Shown here: piece by piece, positions 51,250-54,524 of the stretch
Numbering within the stretch: position 1 is the stretch's first letter
How the letters are laid out: each line of letters opens with the position of its first letter
Program-made: the position numbers and the translations under genes
The notes under the pieces: model-generated
The model's input: only the letters and a program-made list of their open reading frames with translations
What the model was told of the DNA's origin: nothing
Databases searched by the model: none
Assembly (NCBI GenBank): GCA_001938485.1
Contig: MQRK01174637.1
Location: 89,724 to 144,247 of the forward strand
Origin: Girardia tigrina
Taxonomy: Eukaryota
Direction of reading: 5' to 3'
Length of the DNA: 54,524 bases

Positions 51250-52258
51250 GTAATGATATTCTGTCAAGTAATATATTTTTAGTTAATCGTCTGTATATTA
51301 CAGATTACATTTCACCATCTATTTTTGCCGCTTCTTGACAAATAAAGTCTTTAAGTTGCTAAATTGTTTCTGGTTTTCTCTTATACACTTCATTCTTCAA
51401 ATTACTCCACACAAAAAAATCAAGTGGTGTCAAATCAGGTGACCTGGCCGGCTATACATATGGAACACATCGTTCCATCCAACGTTGTTGAAATGCTTCA
51501 TCCAGAATTTTTCGCACAATCAGTGAATAATGGACATGTGCTCCATCTTGCTGGAACACAGCGTTCCGTTTGCATGTTCTTGATAACGATGGCATAAAGC
51601 AACTTTTTAACATATCCAGGTAAAGCGCCGCTGTTATGTTTCCTTCAATAAAAAAGGGCCCATGAATACGAGTTGAAGACAACCCCATCCAAACATTAAT
51701 TTTTTCACTAGCCTATGACCTCTGATATGTTTCGGTTGGTGTTTCAGTGCCCCAAAATGTGACATTTACAATGCCGTTAAGATGGAAAGTTGACTCTTCG
51801 GAGAATATCAGCTTACTAAGAAAATTTTCATCTACATCTATCGATTGAATTAACATTTCACACATAACACGTCTAAGAGCGCAATCTTCTTCATACAAAA
51901 GTTGCGTGGCTTGAATTATGTAGGGGAACATTTTAAAGTCGTTTCGTAATACTTTTTGAACAGTTCAATAAGAGCAATTCAGAGTTGACAACGATTTCCT
52001 GATAGAAGAATGGGGTTCTTGCTTAAAATGTTCTGCTATATCATTTTTCTTTTCTATATCATCATCAATTGGTGGCCTTCCAGATTTTTGGGCATTTAGA
52101 ACACTTCCTGTTTCTTCAAACTTTTTGAAGATGCTTCTAATACTTTTTTCGATTGGAATATTTTTCCATTTAAGTCGTTGAAGTTCTCTTCTTACTAAAT
52201 TCACTGACTCATGCTTCGTAAATAAAATAACAATTTTTACACGCTGATTTACATCCAT
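51250..52258 (-). mobile_element. DD41D (rosa-type) Tc1/mariner transposase pseudogene
   Basis: N-terminal HTH (IFKKFEETGSVLNAQKSGRP), IFSEESTFHLNGIVN, and FQQDGA...*PARSPDLTPLDFFVW with 41 residues between the second and third Asp. Stops and frameshifts present; TIRs not found. Confidence 0.88.
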
Positions 52259-54481
52259 TTTGAATCTTACGCTTAAAACAATAACAACAATTAATACATT
52301 TAAACAAAATCTACTTTTAATTAAATTTTAAAGAATAATTTAATAATAATAAAGAATTATTTTAATGCAATTTTTGCAAAATTAATTAGAATTAACTAAA
52401 AATAATTAAAATGTTCAATTTTTACATTATTCGTAATTTTATGGATATTATTAATAGATTAATTTATAAAAATGTAGTATATTTATTAGAGGATACAAAA
52501 ATAGATATTATGTGTTTTATATATGATAATCTTTCTTATCTTCGGATTTTTGATGACTCTTCAAACAAATTCTTTTTTATTTTTTTACAATAATTCAATG
52601 CACTTGAAATAATTGATAATAGCAGAAATGATCGATACGATGAGTAAATTTTTTATGAATACACTTAACCACTAATTAAATTTACTCTACATTTTAAAAA
52701 CCAAAAAATGTATAAATTTTGATATTTTTTATTTTTGAATACATTTTTATTTTATAATTATATAAATAATTTATTAAAAATATTTATCATGGCATTTAAA
52801 TTGGTTTTCCTATTTCGGTTTTTGATCAATAAATTATAATGTCTGATCAGAATTGGTTCACAATACATTTTTTTCATAAAGTGAAACAAAATTGTCTTTA
52901 AAAATTTAAATCTTATTCATGGTTCTATCTTTGAAACATCTTCAATTAACATTGTTAATGATATTAAATATGCCATTCAATGTATGACCTTTCCTTGTAA
53001 TGCGGCATCTTCATTCTTCTATGAACGTAGATCAATATATTTCTTCTAAGTATATGTAAAACTTCCTCAATTCATCTGTAAAATAAAAAATGTATCATTT
53101 ATTCCTAATACTATTTTAAATATACAAATTATAATTTAAAATAGAAATATAATTATTTTTTAAGAAATAAATTGATTGATCAGTATCGTTAATGTTTTAA
53201 AAATATGAAATTTTAGGGCTATTTATAAAAAAATGATTGTGAATTTTTGAATTTAATTAAAATATTTCAAATAATTTACATTACTTATTTAACATAATTC
53301 AATTATTTATATTTTTTATCATTGTAATTTTGATCATTTCAATATTTTTTTCTGAATTATTCTTAATATATAAAAAATTTTAAATTAAATTTATTTTACA
53401 GATTTTGTAAATATTTGTTTTGGAAATTGTTTGATGATGAAAATTTTTTATTGTATTTTCGATTTGTACAAAGAGATATTTGTACAAAAGATATACTTGC
53501 AAATATTTGGAATTAATTCTATTATAATAACATATTCGTAAAATTATATATTAGAAAAAAATAATAAAATTTCGATATTTTAATAATTTATTTAATATTA
53601 GTACTTATGGACAAGGTCGAGTTTGTATTTTTGATTAATATTTGATTTTTATGATACAGATGTAAAAATTATTTTCATTTTATTTATCTCTTTCTTCTTT
53701 ATTGCCAATTATTAATATATTATTATTATTTTAAAATTATATATTATTGTTAATCATTATTTATTTTTATGTATTATTTATTATTACTAAATTATTAGTG
53801 TATATTTTTATTTTTAATAATTAATTTTTGTAATATCTAAATTTCTCTAGGTGTAATAATTACACAATAATTTCTGAAATAAAAATTTATTTTTTATTTA
53901 TATATTTAAACATGTATCCGCAATCATCATTATTCTTTTTCGTTTCACTGATATTAAAACTTCATTTTACCTGAATTTCTTATTTATTTTATTTATTTAA
54001 TTAAAAAAACTATTGAAATGTTCTTTGAATTTTTCATGGAACATGTAAAAGAAAATATATCCCCATAATCATTTTTAGTTAAACCTTTAAGAGATTTACA
54101 TGTTTACTGCAAGTGAAATTTATTTGTGATTGTTTATTTAAAAAAATATGCTATCTATCAACGCTTGAGATAATTTTTTCTCAGTCATTTAAAAAAATAT
54201 CTATCATATTTAAAGATTGTGTAGAGAACGAAGGTTGATTGTTGACATTTTTATCAAAACCGATACAATACACGTTTACGTCTAATTGATGCATATGCTA
54301 TTATTCTACTTAAGACATTTATACTTTCTTTGGCGACTAGAAGAACTAGATAAACATTTACCAATACACGTCATTCTTCTAAATGAAAGTCATGTAAGGT
54401 TTAATATTAAATAGTCTTGAAAATACAGGTGAAACGGTATGATGTGAGTGAATTTTTAATGAACTTATTATTAATATTTTC

Positions 54482-54483
<2 letters not shown>

Positions 54484-54524
<41 letters not shown>
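54484..54524. repeat. (TA)n microsatellite at window end
   Basis: Pure TA run; a shorter one lies at about 6529-6554. Confidence 0.95.

Noticed and set aside
51071-51253. ORF with FVTKDICNLIVSTTN, faintly piggyBac-like
   Set aside because: Only one short motif, with no TTAA/TIR ends or catalytic motifs.
52900-53090. Minus-strand splice-acceptor-like site (TTTTATTTTACAG) with a possible exon
   Set aside because: All frames stop within about 15 codons and no homology was recognised.
1-54524. CRISPR arrays, prokaryotic operons, tRNA genes, hammerhead ribozymes
   Set aside because: Eukaryotic context with no repeat-spacer array. No cloverleaf was seen, and the CTGATGA cores I checked lacked the flanking helices and GAAA. 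This was by eye only; an Infernal or tRNAscan-SE run would be decisive.

Overview
Very AT-rich animal (invertebrate-type) nuclear DNA from a draft assembly, with N gaps at about 23862-24030, 24390-24438 and 26908-26957. The species cannot be fixed from sequence alone. Two host genes are supported: a complete intronless Frizzled-4 (20392-22155, minus strand) and the first two exons of a class-I GLUT/SLC2A sugar transporter (47193-47499, plus strand), which the ORF track misses. The rest is transposon debris: six mariner (DD34D) copies or fragments, two Tc1 (DD34E) elements, a DD41D element, a probable hAT MITE, a MULE remnant, and three LTR retrotransposons whose ends and 5-bp TSDs can be read directly. 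The most interesting unannotated signal is a 5S-rRNA-headed SINE (SINE3 type; 19048-19414, second partial copy at 45927-46070). Its 3' tail matches the 3' end of an RTE-like LINE fragment with an 11-bp TSD at 16528-16703, giving a candidate SINE/LINE partner pair. Other observations: a gypsy with about 100-bp AGTT...AACT LTRs and a -1 frameshift cassette; a gypsy with TA...CA termini whose 5' LTR is cut off and followed by an 84-bp exact copy of another family's integrase; a 60-bp fold-back with patchwork flanks; and a tandem duplication with a snap-back junction. All alignments were done by eye and no searches were run.
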